Shown here in pieces: positions 26,220 to 38,743 of a stretch of DNA of 64,000 nt (position 1 is its first letter; every line of letters starts with the position of its first letter). Source of the stretch: Neoechinorhynchus agilis (Eukaryota; Animalia; Acanthocephala); assembly GCA_051530055.1 (NCBI GenBank), contig CM121341.1:14176784-14240783 (forward strand), given 5' to 3'. Under the pieces are notes generated by a model. That model did no database searches. It was not told the origin of the DNA and saw only the letters and a program-made list of their open reading frames with translations. The translations under genes and the position numbers were made by a program.

Positions 26220-29200
26220 CCTCTGCCCTGACTCAATTTACAAACGCTGGCCCCCTCGTTTCGTCATACGAAGTACTACAGCATCTCAAGAAATTACCTT
26301 GAAATTCGTCCTCTCAATCCGAAATCCCAAACTGGGCTATTCGCTACATCATCCCCGAACTCAGCGACCCAATTACCCACATTAAAACCTCAGCTTTTTA
26401 TATGGCATGTACCCCTCATGCCTGAAAACTGCTAAAGTTATCATTGTTCCAAAAAAAGGACATCCTATTTCCGCCGAATCATTCCGTCCAATATCCATTC
26501 TGCACGTTCTTTCAAAAATCATATAAAAATGTTTTAACTCTAGCCTTCTTTCACCCGACCAAAATTTTCTTCAACATATGCCCTACTCGGCATTTATGAC
26601 ACGCTCCTACGCAACCTCGACAATAATCCCTCCCACGTCACCCGTCTCATTCAACTTGATTTATCGAAAGTTTTCGACACAGTGGAACATTCATTCCATC
26701 TCCGGGTCTGCTCTGATTTTGGTCTCAACTTGAGGCAGATCCGCGGGCTCGAATATTTTCTTCACAATCGCAAACAATGCATTCACTGCCGTTTTACCTC
26801 TTCTGTCAGCCTATCCCTCATCAAAGGCGTACCTCAAAATGCTGTGCTGTCACCACTTCTCTTTAATATTTTCCTAAACAACCTCAAGCCTCTCTGACGA
26901 TATCACCCTAATCACCCATTCACCACCTGTTCTGCATTTTGGCGTTTATTCAACAAAAAAACCGCGAACTAACAATCCAGCAAATGGACGCGTGCACGTA
27001 CATGTCCATACACACGATCACTATATGTGCAATGCGCGCTGTCGTCGTCACATTCGCCATCACATTCTCCCCCCATTTATAATTTTTAAGGTAAGGCGGA
27101 TGGTTTCGAATTCGAGTGGACTTTCGAACGGTTGGGAGGATCGACATTTGTTGCTGTGCATCGTCGGAACTTTCTACTTCGTTTTGCTCAGGTGTGGCGG
27201 CTCCTTCTGAATCGTCTGTATGTATCTCGCCATCGTCGTGCTCCTCCAACGATCGGTACTCTTGAAGAGGATTGTATTCACCGCGGGCAAACTCCGTGGT
27301 CGACACCACGCTTCTGCACCCATCATCAAACTGTATGGTTGAGTATCCTGGATTAGAACTCAATAAATCCACTTTTTCCATCTGATCGTCATATTTGCTA
27401 TTGGTGGGCCCTTTTCTATACCACACCGGACCAGGATTGCAGAGCCAATGTGGCAGTGAATTAGAGTATCTTGATTGCCGAGGGAAGGCGAACAAATGTT
27501 CGTGAGGAGTGGAGTTTGTCGATGTGTAGAGGAGTGACCTGATCGCATGGAGAGCCGTGGGCAACACAGTTTCCCATGCGGATATAGGCAGAAATTTCGA
27601 CTTGAGAAGCATTCGAATGTTTTGCCACAGTATCCCGACATATCGCTCGTATTGTCCGTTGCCCCGCGGATTATACGGTCTGGAGTGACTAGTCGGAACT
27701 CCCAAGTTAGACAGGAAAGATCTGTTCTCCTCCGATCGAAAACAGCTTCCATTATCACTGTGGAGGTATTCGGGAAGCTCGAACGGACTGAATACTTGAT
27801 ACAATCACGATCTAACCGTCCGACTAGAAGTGTCCTTACACGCAAAAGCAAGAGGGAAGCGTGAATATTCGTCCACCACGAGAAATATGTACTTGTTGAT
27901 CGAGGAGCTCGGTAAAGGACCTTTAAAATGGACTACTAGCCTTTCAAAAGGCCTAGTAGCTTTGATCACGTGCAAATCCGGAGGTCTGTAGAATCGTGGT
28001 TTGAACTTGGCACATATCGGGCGTCGTTCACAAACCCGTTGTACGTCATTTGTGGAGTACGGCAAGCTTTGGTTTTCACAAAGTGAGCCAGTCGTTGCAC
28101 GCCGGGATGAGTCAAGTCTTCGTATATTGTCTTCAGGTCAATGGGATCGATCGCGTTACGTTCCAATCGGGAGAAGGCATCTGCACTAACATTCAGCCGA
28201 CCAGGCCGATATTTGATTTCAAACTTGAAGCACGACAGTTCGATCCTCCATCGCTGAATCTTGTCGTTCTTGATTTCGCTGTTGTGGTGTTTGCTGAACA
28301 TAAATGATACGGACTGTTGATCGGTTGCAATCACAAACGTTCTGCCAAGCAGGCAGTGTCGCCATTTTCGTACGCTCTCCACGATCGCCTGTGCTTCCTT
28401 TTCAATTGCGGGGTGCTTCCGTTCCGAGGGTGAAAAGGTTCGGGAGAAGAACGCCACAGGTTTGCCTCCTGACTGAGTGTTGCAGCTATGGCTACCTCCG
28501 ATGCATCTGTCTCCAGCACTAATAGATCTGAAGGGTTAAAACAGTTTAGAGCCGCTTTTCCGATTTCCTGCTTGATAGACTCGAACGCCTCCATTGCTTC
28601 CTGCGCCAAGGGGATTATCGGATGAATTTTTGTCGAAAATTCTGGTATCCAATTTGAATAATATGAGAATATTCCCATACAATGCTTTAGAGCGGCAGTG
28701 TCCATGGGATTCTTCAGCGCCATCAAACTCTCTATTCTCGCAGGGTCAGGTTTTATACTTCGATGTGAAATGAGGTAACCAATCATCGTTATTTTATTCA
28801 TTCTGAAAACGCATTTGCCCTTATTAAATTTCAACCCTAGGTCCCTCGCGACTGTTTCGAACTTCTCTAAATTAATATCATGTTCTTCGATTGTTGATCC
28901 GCAAATAGTAATGTTGTTCAGATAAGCGTACGTACCGTTCAGCGAATTATTTGCTATGATCGAGTCCATCACTCTTTGAAACGCGGCTACCCCGTTTGTA
29001 ACTCCAAATGGGATCCGGGTGAATTCGTAAAGGCCCCATCTGCTTCAAAAGCGGTATAAACCCCATCTAATCTGTTTATGGGTATATGGTGGTTGGCATG
29101 TCGAAGGTCGATAGTGGTGTAATACATGTATTGGGCTACTTCTCTGGCCAGATCCTCAATTTTGGGAAGGGGTAAGCATCAAGCTCAGTGTATCAGTTGA

Positions 29201-31480
29201 TGTTGGACGCGTAATCGATTACCATTCGAGGCTTTCCGACTTTATTGCGGACAACCAGCACTTTAGCCCGCCAAAGCGACTGGCTAGGAACAATTATTCC
29301 CTCAGAGAGCATCCGCCGAACTTCTTCCTTAATTTAGCTCTTGTCAGCGTGGGAATAATTCCTTGATTTCACGGCAATCGGTCGACAATTCTCACTCAGA
29401 TTGGCGACAAGAAGCGGAGTCAACTCTCCATTCATCGCCATGCACCGAAGAGATCCGTTTCCACTGAAAATAAACTTTACTTCTTCGAAACCATCCATGA
29501 AGCTTCTCCCCAGAATTACATCCGTGCTTAAATCCCCTAGGACATATAGCTTGACATTGCCGTGAACTACTCCTCGGTATTTTTAGACTTGCTTCAGTCG
29601 TTCCGGTAGTATTTCTTCGGGCATCACCAGAGGCCATTCGCACCGGCACTTTGCTTGGTATAACCTTGAGTCGTAGTCTCTTCGCTATTTTATCGTCAAT
29701 GAAGTTTTGAGAACTGCCCGTGTCGAACAAAACTGAATGTTTCGATTTATCGTTCAAGAAGATGAAATCAGAACTTGGACTTTTGCGTATATTTTGGATT
29801 GCCGGTAATGAGATCGCGGCCACTCTAGACGCAGACTTGCAAACTTTGGCAGTGGCCTACTTTCTTGCAGATGTTGCACTTCGCATCCTTCGCCGGACAT
29901 ATTGATCTAGGATGACGCCTTTCTCCGCAAAAATAGCATTTTTGCTGGTCGATTTATGGCAACGGAGCTTTCGCTTACTATCGTTCGAGGGATAGGAGTG
30001 TTGGCAGCTCGACAATCAGGAGTAGGAGTAATGGCAACGCGACAATCAGACTCTGTGTTAGGTATTCGTCAAGCGATGGTTGATCTTTTTTATGTAGCTA
30101 CATTGTGATTGGTTGTAGTTAGAGCAATCGTTCTCAGCCTGCTCAATAACAGTAGCTTGTTGAATCGCTTCATCTAGGACAATGTCCGATTTTTCAAGCA
30201 GCTTCAGTCTTAGCTTGTCTGAGTACACTCCCGCGATAAGTTATTCTCTTATTGCTTCTTCTTTAGCTACGTCAGCTTTAACGTCTTTGAATTGACATTG
30301 ATCCGCCAACAGCCTTAATTCGGTTACATAATCCGTCACCGACTCGGTATTCGTTTGTCGACGGGTCATCAAGCGGTACCGCGCCGCAATCACATTAGTT
30401 GCTTTGCAATATGACTTTTTTTAAAACTCCTTTAGCATCTTGATAAGTTCTACATGTTTTGATTTGAGCATAGACCTATGGACCTACACAATTGATAAGG
30501 TGGACCAATTTCCCTTTATCGTCTAGCTCGAAATCCTGTATGTAATTTTCGAATGTTGCGAGCCAATGCTCAAAGATTTCGGCTGAGTGGCAATCACTTG
30601 GTATCGTATTAGCCTATCTGGTTTCAGCAAAGCACCATTGACTTTATGAATTGTTGTATCGAGAGTAGAGCTCATTTCGATCCGTCTACTTCCTATATTG
30701 TCTTTCGGTGACCCTTTTTTGTTGAATAAAATGTTCTGCATTTAGGCGTTTATTCAACAAAAAAACCGCGAACTAACAATCTAGCAAATGGACGGGTGCA
30801 CGTACATGTACATACACACGATCAGTATATGTGAAATGCGCGCTGTCGCCGTCACATTCGCCATCACACCACCCCAAACTCTCCCTTTCCTTAACCTCTA
30901 AAGAAATCACACACATAAAAGATTTTGCACCAATCACAAACTGCACCTGAATTTCTCTAAATGCTTCGAAATGATTCCCTCTCTCCCGCAACCCTACATT
31001 ATCCCCCGAGTTTCTGAATGACATCCTACGAGTAATCTCCCTCAGAATTCTAAGTCTGCAATTTCAATCAAATCTAAAATGGGACTCCCGAACGAACCGT
31101 CCCCGGCTGGATAGCTACCACCCGAATAGACATACTTCTGACCAGATATTACCTTCCGAACGGACATCCCTCGACTGCATATTCAAATATTAATGGATGA
31201 GGACCCAAAGGTACGCAAATAGCTTCTCCCACGAAACCTTTAATTCCAAAACATCCTTCCCCCTCTACCACTCACAGTTACCGCCAAACCAATCTTATTA
31301 AACAAACACCGCAACAGACTTACAGCAACCAACAATATCATGATATATCATCCCACTATGGGCCTACACATAACATCTTCTCTCAGGTATCCACGAAATC
31401 ACAGCATTATGCAAATTAGACCTTCAGAAACACTACATGTCGACAATTTTCCCCCAATCCTTCTTTCCCTTTCTTTTCCG
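26220..31480 (+). mobile_element. CR1/L2-like LINE RT remnant, split by the Gypsy insertion at 26928-30868
   Basis: C-rich degenerate RT: PKKG...FRPISIL..LSK, DLSKVFDTVEH, GVPQNAVLSPLLFNIFLN. The sequence resumes after the Gypsy TSD. Confidence 0.75.
26928..30868 (-). mobile_element. Full-length degenerate Gypsy LTR retrotransposon with 137-bp LTRs and 5-bp TSD
   Basis: LTRs at 26928-27064 and 30732-30868 (TG...CA, 7 substitutions), CCACC on both flanks, and a purine tract next to the 3' LTR. Protease LFDTGSS, RT, RNase H and integrase (LHSDNG) are frameshifted. Confidence 0.95.
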
Positions 31481-32583
31481 GTCTCCTTAAATCGCACATA
31501 ACTCTCGTCCTCGTCAACTGAAATCGCTTTCCATCTACGAAACACCGCATCCTCCGTTCAAAAGCGCTTCTTACTTGTCAATTCCTCCCTACAATACCGA
31601 ATACCCAGAAAGCTCACTTCAAACTGTGAACTCCATCCATCATTCGCCTATGCACAACCGTCTTCTCCCCCTTCCAATAATTTACAATCAGCAAAACAAG
31701 TAAATTTTTGGACACCTCCGCAAATCCCTACTGTACTTTTTTCAGAATCAAACATTACTACTCACTCTAAAAACGCTCAGAAACTTATCCATCGAACTCT
31801 TCCACCAGCCAACTCCCACAAACTACATCACCTTTCAAGCTCTTTCAAACAACCATTTCCCTATATTCTTTTCACTAACATAAGAAGTCTGTTATCTAAA
31901 ATAGATCATCTTTCGCTTTTGGTCATTGTGTAAACGTGGTTGCACTTCTCCAATTCCGACATCGCCTTAATTCCTGGATACACTTATTTCCACTCTTACA
32001 GAGACGAACGCGCAGGAGGTGTAGTCTTCATTTTCATGCGGTCTGACCTCCCTTAATCCCTCTCCCCCTCAACTCCTTACGAATCACCATACCTGGAGTA
32101 CATCCACATAACGCTCTCTCTCAAACTTTGCTCAGACCGCCGAAATTTAATCATTATCAGTATCTATCGTCTTTCCTCAGCCAATCTACAAATGGCATCA
32201 CAGAAGATTGATACAATGATAGCAAATCGTCACTGTCTTGGTCTTGAACATCGAATCATTCCTGGTGATTTCAATAATCTTCCAACATCACCATCTCTCC
32301 TTGACTTCGTCCAGTTAGTAAAATTTCCTACCCGCCACAACTCACATCTCGATTAAATCTTTCTCATCCTCAGACCATTACGCAATAATCCTCTCTCCCT
32401 CCGCTTCTCCTCGACGTGTACGGTCACCCCCCTTTACGGTCTGGGATAAGAGAGATCAATACATTTTCGCATTTACCAAATAGGTCTCGCGTAATCTCTC
32501 TTCAAACAGAAAATCTATTTTTCACCCGATCCCTTCGGATGCTATGCTTTCTCTTACTAATTAATATACTCTCGTCTTGCATG

Positions 32584-34530
32584 ACTACAGCTATTCCAGA
32601 TTTATTATCGAACGGAAAATAGGTGCTTTATTTGTTTATTGCTTCAAATTTTCGACGCCTTGCGTCTTCGTCAGGAAGCTTTTCTTCGGTTGTCTGAAAA
32701 GGAATCAGAGGAGGGCAACGCTGTCCGTCAGCTCATCCCTCTTATTGAGCATCCCCTCTGCCTCGTTGTGTCCGTCCTTGCTGCTCGTAACCCCGCTCAA
32801 TCCCACTACTTTCTCACGATTAATGCATAGCGCTTCGGCAATCGAGAGATCCACCGGATCGGATGCCTTGTGCATCACCTCAATCTCGAAGGCTGGGCTG
32901 GCACCAACGTGAGAGGTAGCGAAATGGGTAGCCCATGGGGTCGACCGGTATGACGGAGCTGTCGGATTGCGCGCATTACGCACGTGTTCCGTCACACGTG
33001 AACGTAATGTTCTTTCCGTCTTGCCAACGTAGGACGTTGTCCGTCCTTCGTCCTTGCATAGCCGGCACAACATCCTATATACTACGCATGTTGATTGGCA
33101 AGACGGTCCGAGGAATCGTCCTTCCTCGTTCCTTGAAGGGCTGCAATGGTGGCACATCAGACATGCCTTCGGACAACGATTTTGATCCTCATGGTGCTCG
33201 GTCTGCGTCAAAATCTGTCTGAGTGATGGCCCTATCCTGTGGACAACTCGCGCTTTTAACTTACATTTCAGCAATGCTTTCTTGACTTCGGTCGTGAATC
33301 TTTCATCGACGAATGGCACTTTTAGGACTGGTAGACTTTCCTCTGCTAGTCTACTTCGTCGATCGAATCTTTTCTCTTTTTTCCTCGCACCAGCCGTCAA
33401 CCTGGTAATGTCCTTGCTGGAATACCCATTACCAGCGAACAGTCGCTTTATCCGCTCCTCCGCCTCGTGTTTTCCATGATCCGTCGAAGCACATATCCTT
33501 GCTGTTTTCCACATTTCTGTGAAGATAGATTGCTTGATGATCCATGGATGGTGAGACTCACGATGAAGGACCAGATCTTTCTTGCATGGCTTCCTGTACC
33601 ATGTTCTTGTTATTGGGTTATTCACCATAAAACAGAGGTTCAGGAACGGTAGATAGTCACTTGGTTTATCCCGAGTAACCTTGATGCGACCTGCTAAATC
33701 CATTGAATTTAGCTTTTCTTCGATTGTGTCGACCTCAATATCCTCGTGGTAGGTTAGCAGCACATCATCCACATATCGGAGATAGATTTGACTCGACGAA
33801 AGATGTGGAAAAATGTGCTGCGCCTCTAAGCCATCGAGGAATAGATTAGCCAAGACTGGCGCGAGACTGTTACCCATCGAGAGACCACGGACTTGACGAT
33901 ACAGTTGATTTCGGAATCGAAAAAGGTTGCATTGTAGGACCAGACGTGTGAGCATCAACACATCACAAGGTTCCATTCCGAACAGGTTTGTCCGACGTTC
34001 TTGCAACTTCCTGGCCAATGTATCAATTGCGGCTTCAGTGTCGACATTCGTATATAAGCTTTGGAAATCGAAGGACATCACTTTAGATCGTTGCAGGATA
34101 TCTTGCCTCGATTCCAATGTTTCTGTTAGTCCGCGCGTATTTTTAATGTATGCTGGTCCATCTCCAACCAAAGGAGCCAACATCTTGGCTAGCAGTTTGG
34201 ATATCCTATATGCTGGTCCATTTATTGTAGATACAATTGGTCTGCATTTGAGCTGGTCTCCTCTCAATAAGACCTCCGGCATCTTATGGGTCTTTACCAT
34301 CGCATATAGAACTGGAGTACGTAAGGGCCCTTGGGTAAATGCGTGCATTCTCGTAAGGTTCCTACGCGTGACTATCCTGCGAAAAGCTTCGTTCAAACTG
34401 CATCGTTTCTCATCGGAATCATCCTAAGCAATAAACAAATAAAGCACCTATTTTCCGTTCGATAATAAATCTGGAATAAACATGAGGGTGTTGGGAAAAG
34501 AGGCTTTCCATAATATACTACAGCTATTCC
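32584..34530 (-). mobile_element. 5'-truncated Neptune-like Penelope element with a short inverted terminal piece and 14-bp TSD
   Basis: Open 563-aa RT (YVDD) plus Cys linker and GIY-YIG (VVY...YVGKT..R.TEH). 34426-34478 is an inverted copy of the 3' terminus. ACTACAGCTATTCC at 32584-32597 and 34517-34530. Confidence 0.95.
32641..32679 (-). ncRNA. Minimal type I hammerhead ribozyme, intact core
   Basis: GCUUC CUGACGA A GACGC aag GCGUC GAAA AU U U GAAGC: 5-bp stem I, 5-bp stem II and palindromic AAAUUU stem III. Confidence 0.9.
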
Positions 34531-37061
34531 TAGGAAAACCATTCGCCTTTCCAGCCGAGACCCACATTGAATGTCCCCTTTCTTGAAAATTCTCCAAATA
34601 ACGGTGAATAAAGCATACTACGCATGTAATCCCAATTTCCCCCACCTTCAATCCTCCCTTGCGCATCACATTCTCAAATCGCGCAAAACTTTTCTTACAT
34701 ATAAACTCGCCTCCTCTCCCACTCACCTCTGGCAGGAAAAGCGCCGTAGGCCCAACCTCTCAAACTTTGACATCCGTGCTACACCAAACTCCATCAATGC
34801 ACAACTTTGTGACTCTCACTCGAACAGAAACAAACCATCATCGCCTTCCAGATCTACATCACTGTTCTCGGCTTTCTACAGCTTCACCTCCCATGATTTC
34901 CACGTACGATATTCTCTTGCTTCCTCGGAAACTACCACGCAAATCATATCTTAACTATCTAATTCTCAACTGGGCTCCACGCTTTATTATGCCAGATTTA
35001 ATTGATCCACTTGCTCATATAATCAACCAAAGTTTCAAGACCGGAATCTTCCCTAGTTGCCTCAAAACAGCTCGGGTAACCCTGCTCCCGAAAGCAGGTA
35101 AACTTATATCCACCTCAAGTTTTCTACCCATCTCTATATTACCTTCTTTCGCTAAAATCTTAGAGAGATGCTTTAAAGCACACCTTCTGCAAACCTTCAA
35201 TCGAAAAATTCCACCTACTTTGCATTTATGACACACTCCTATGTAACGTTGACAATATTTCCACCCATGTCACCCGTCTCATTCAACTTGATTTATCCAA
35301 AGCTTTCGACTCAGTTGACCATTCACTCCTTCTCCGGATCAGCTCTGATTTTGGTATCCGCTGGCTCGAATCTTATCTTCACAATCGCAAAGAATACATT
35401 TACAGCCGTTCTACCTCCTCTATCAGAATATCCATCACCAAAGGCGTACCTCAAGGTGTTGTGCTGTCACCACTTCTTTTTAATATTTTCCTAAACGACA
35501 ACAAACCTCCCTCCTCTCACTCTGAACTTTTCTTCTATGAGGACGATCAATCACACGCTCCACCTGAATTTCTATAAATGCGTCAAAATGTTCCCCTAAT
35601 TCTCACGCAACCCCAGATGCCTTTTGGAGTTTCGATCGCACCACTCATCTTCCAACGCTACACGAGTGATTTACTGTATGGGATCCCTGGGGTGGCCGTA
35701 TATTTAGATGATATAGTCATAACGGGAGTTGATGACCGGGTACACTTGGAAATCTGAAAAGAGTCACGGAGAGATTACGAAACGCAGGGATCAAGGCCAA
35801 AAGAGAAAAATGCGTCCTTATTGAAAGACGAGTTATGTTTTTGGGTCATATCCTCGAATCGAACCAAATCAAACCAGATGAAAATAGAATCGAGACCTTG
35901 AAAAAGATGAAGACGCCCTCAAGTGTATCAGAACTTCGAACTTTCTTGGGCGGGGTGAATTTCTTAGAGCGTTTTGTACCGCATCTACAGAAGAAATGCG
36001 CACCATTGTACAAGATGCTGAAGAAGGGAATGAAATGGTCATGGAACGCGGAAGCAAACGATGCGATTGGTGCAATTAAGGAAGCGCTGGCAACGGCTCA
36101 GGTACTAGTACCATTCGATGGACGAAAAGATCTACGTCTCATGTGAAAAAGGATTGGGGCGGTATTGCTGCAAGAAACGGATGAAGGATCTTTCAAACCA
36201 GTAGCGTATTGTTCGAGAGTACTCAGGCCAGCGGAACAGTGATACGCTCAGATAGAACGAGAAACGTCGGCGCTCGTCTACGGGGTGACGAGATTTAACT
36301 ACTACCTGATGGGACGATTTTTCAACCTTGTTAGTGACCACAAGCCCCTCTAATATATTTTCGGCGAAAACAGGAATCTGCAGAAAATGTCGAACCACCG
36401 AATTGTGCGCTCGGCGATCTTACTGTCGCAATATGATTATAAATTGCAGCACATACATGGGAAAGACAATATGGTAGCGGGCATCTTGTCTCGATTTGAC
36501 ACTGAAGAAGACAAGGAAATGGAGGAGTTGAGCGCGATAAATTTAATTCGGAACGAGATAAGTGACCAACTATCATTATCTTTGGAATCTGTCGAAGAAG
36601 AAACCAATAGGGATAAATACCTACGAACAGTTAAAAGGTTCGTCGAAACTAACTGGCCAAACAAAGTACCGAGGGATTTGGAACGCTTCAGGAACAGCAA
36701 GAACGAGTTGGCTGTTGAAGGAGGTATCCTAATGATGTCTGGGAGGATAGTGATCCCGAACACATTAAGAAAAGCAGCGCTAGAAACGTTACATAACTTT
36801 CATCCGGGGATGGTCGCGATGAAAAGCATGGCGCGATACTACGTGTGGTGGCCGAATTTGGATGGTGACATTGAAGAATGGTTCAAGCGGTGTACTCAGT
36901 GTCAGGACAATAGGGCTGCGGACCCTCCTCATGCATTAAGCGAGTGGAGTATACCCAGCGAGAATTGGGGTTACTAAGCGCTACTTGGTTGTTCAGCCGC
37001 ATGTTTTATCTAGTGATGATTGTTTGATAGACAATCCGACTGAAAAATATATTTTATTAAA

Positions 37062-37100
37062 ACACCAAGCTTTCGCCGTCCAACGGCTTCTTCAGGGTGT
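37062..37100 (-). ncRNA. Minimal type I hammerhead ribozyme, intact core
   Basis: ACACC CUGAAGA A GCCG uugga CGGC GAAA GC U U GGUGU, with palindromic AAGCUU stem III. Confidence 0.9.
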
Positions 37101-38704
37101 AATCTGCAATGCGAGTGGAGTGGAGGTTTACAGGAGATTCATGACGGCAGACAACTCATCCTTCTGGTTAATGAGTGTCCTACCGACCGACCGATGCCCG
37201 CTAGAGTCCTCACGATCCCGGGTCTCTCGGGAGATGATCAGCGCTTCCGCTATCGACAGCTCGACGGGATCCTGCGCTTTGTACATTATGCGCGTGGATA
37301 GTCGAACTGTTCCATCCGGGTGGACTCGCGAATAATGTTTCGCCCACGGTGTCGTCACATACGATTGCGCACTTGGGTTCAACGAGTTTCGTACATGCTC
37401 GGTTACTCTTTGGCGAAGTGGCCTTTCGATTTTGCCCACGTACGTGACCAAGTGGTCACGGTCAATCCGACACCGTTCACACCGGATCTCGTAAACCACA
37501 CTGCTCTGATCGCACATCTTCCAGTCACGATCAACTGCTTGCTGACGCTCCTCGTCCATCCTCGCACCTGCTGCGTATCTGCACATTAGGCACGACCGAG
37601 GGCATTGCTGATGATCCTCGTGATGCCTCGTTCTCGTCAGCATCCTCCGCAGCGTTATACACAATCTGTGCACATTACCCACATTCAATCCCGCTTGCCT
37701 GAGCAGTACTTTGACTCTCTTCGTGAACATTTCACTCGCGTACGGAATTCGTAGGATCGGCCTATCGTCTTTTCGTTCACTCATGGGTCCAACGTCCCGT
37801 CTAATTCTATTTTCCACTTCTCGCTGGAACCCTTCGATCTCCTCTGTCGAATATCCGTTGTCCGCGACGATCTTGTTTACTGCTTCCACCGCTCCACGCT
37901 TCGCTTCCAACGTCGATGAGCAGGTGGTTGCCGATTTATGCATACCAGCGTATATCGCCGCTTTCATCGCCCAAGGATGGTGAGAATCTCGGTGCATCAC
38001 AATCGACTTCCTGCATGGCTTTCGATACCAATTGAAGTTGGATACATCGTCGGATTTGAAGCGGAGATTGAGGAATGGCAGGTAGTCCGAAGGTTGGTCT
38101 CTCGTAGCCTGAATCCTCCTATTCGAGTCCATTGAATTTAATAGTGACTCTGAAGGTCAGCAACACATCGTCCACATAGCGGACGTAAACTTGACTCGAC
38201 GCTAAATGTGGATAGATGTGCTGTCTTTCCAGGTCATCGAGGTAGAGGATGGCCAATACCGGAGCTAAACTATTTCCCATTGCAAGACCACGAACTTGCT
38301 TATATAGCTGGTTTCGATAACGAAAAAGGTTGCGCTTCAGTACCAATCGTGTCAGACCAATAACATCGTCTGGAAGTAGACCGAAGAGGTCAAGATCCTC
38401 ATTCTCCTTCAACCTTTTCTCCAGCGCACGTACTGCTCCCTCGTTGTCCACATTGGTGTACAATGCTACGAAATCAAAAGACATTACGCGACTGTTGGTC
38501 AATTCATTCTGTCGCAAGCGCAGGATCCCGTCGAGCTGTCGATAGCGGAAGCGCTGATCATCTCCCGAGAGACCCGGGATCGTGAGGACTCTAGCGGGCA
38601 TCGGTCGGTCGGTAGGACACTCATTAACCAGAAGGATGAGTTGTCTGCCGTCATGAATCTCCTGTGAACCTCCACTCCACTCCACTCCACTGGCATTGCA
38701 GATT

Positions 38705-38743
38705 ACACCCTGAAGAAGCCGTTGGACGGTTAAAGCTTGGTGT
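38705..38743 (+). ncRNA. Mutated hammerhead copy in the inverted pLTR
   Basis: Identical to 37062-37100 except CGGCGAAA is changed to CGGUUAAA (G12 lost). Confidence 0.8.

Larger units (their letters stand above)
31500..35570 (+). mobile_element. CR1/L2-like LINE (APE + RT remnant), interrupted by a PLE
   Basis: APE start LFTNIRSLLSKIDHL (~31865), RAGGV, and an RT with FKTGIFPSCLKTARVTLLPK and QGVVLSPLLFNIFLND. Confidence 0.78.
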
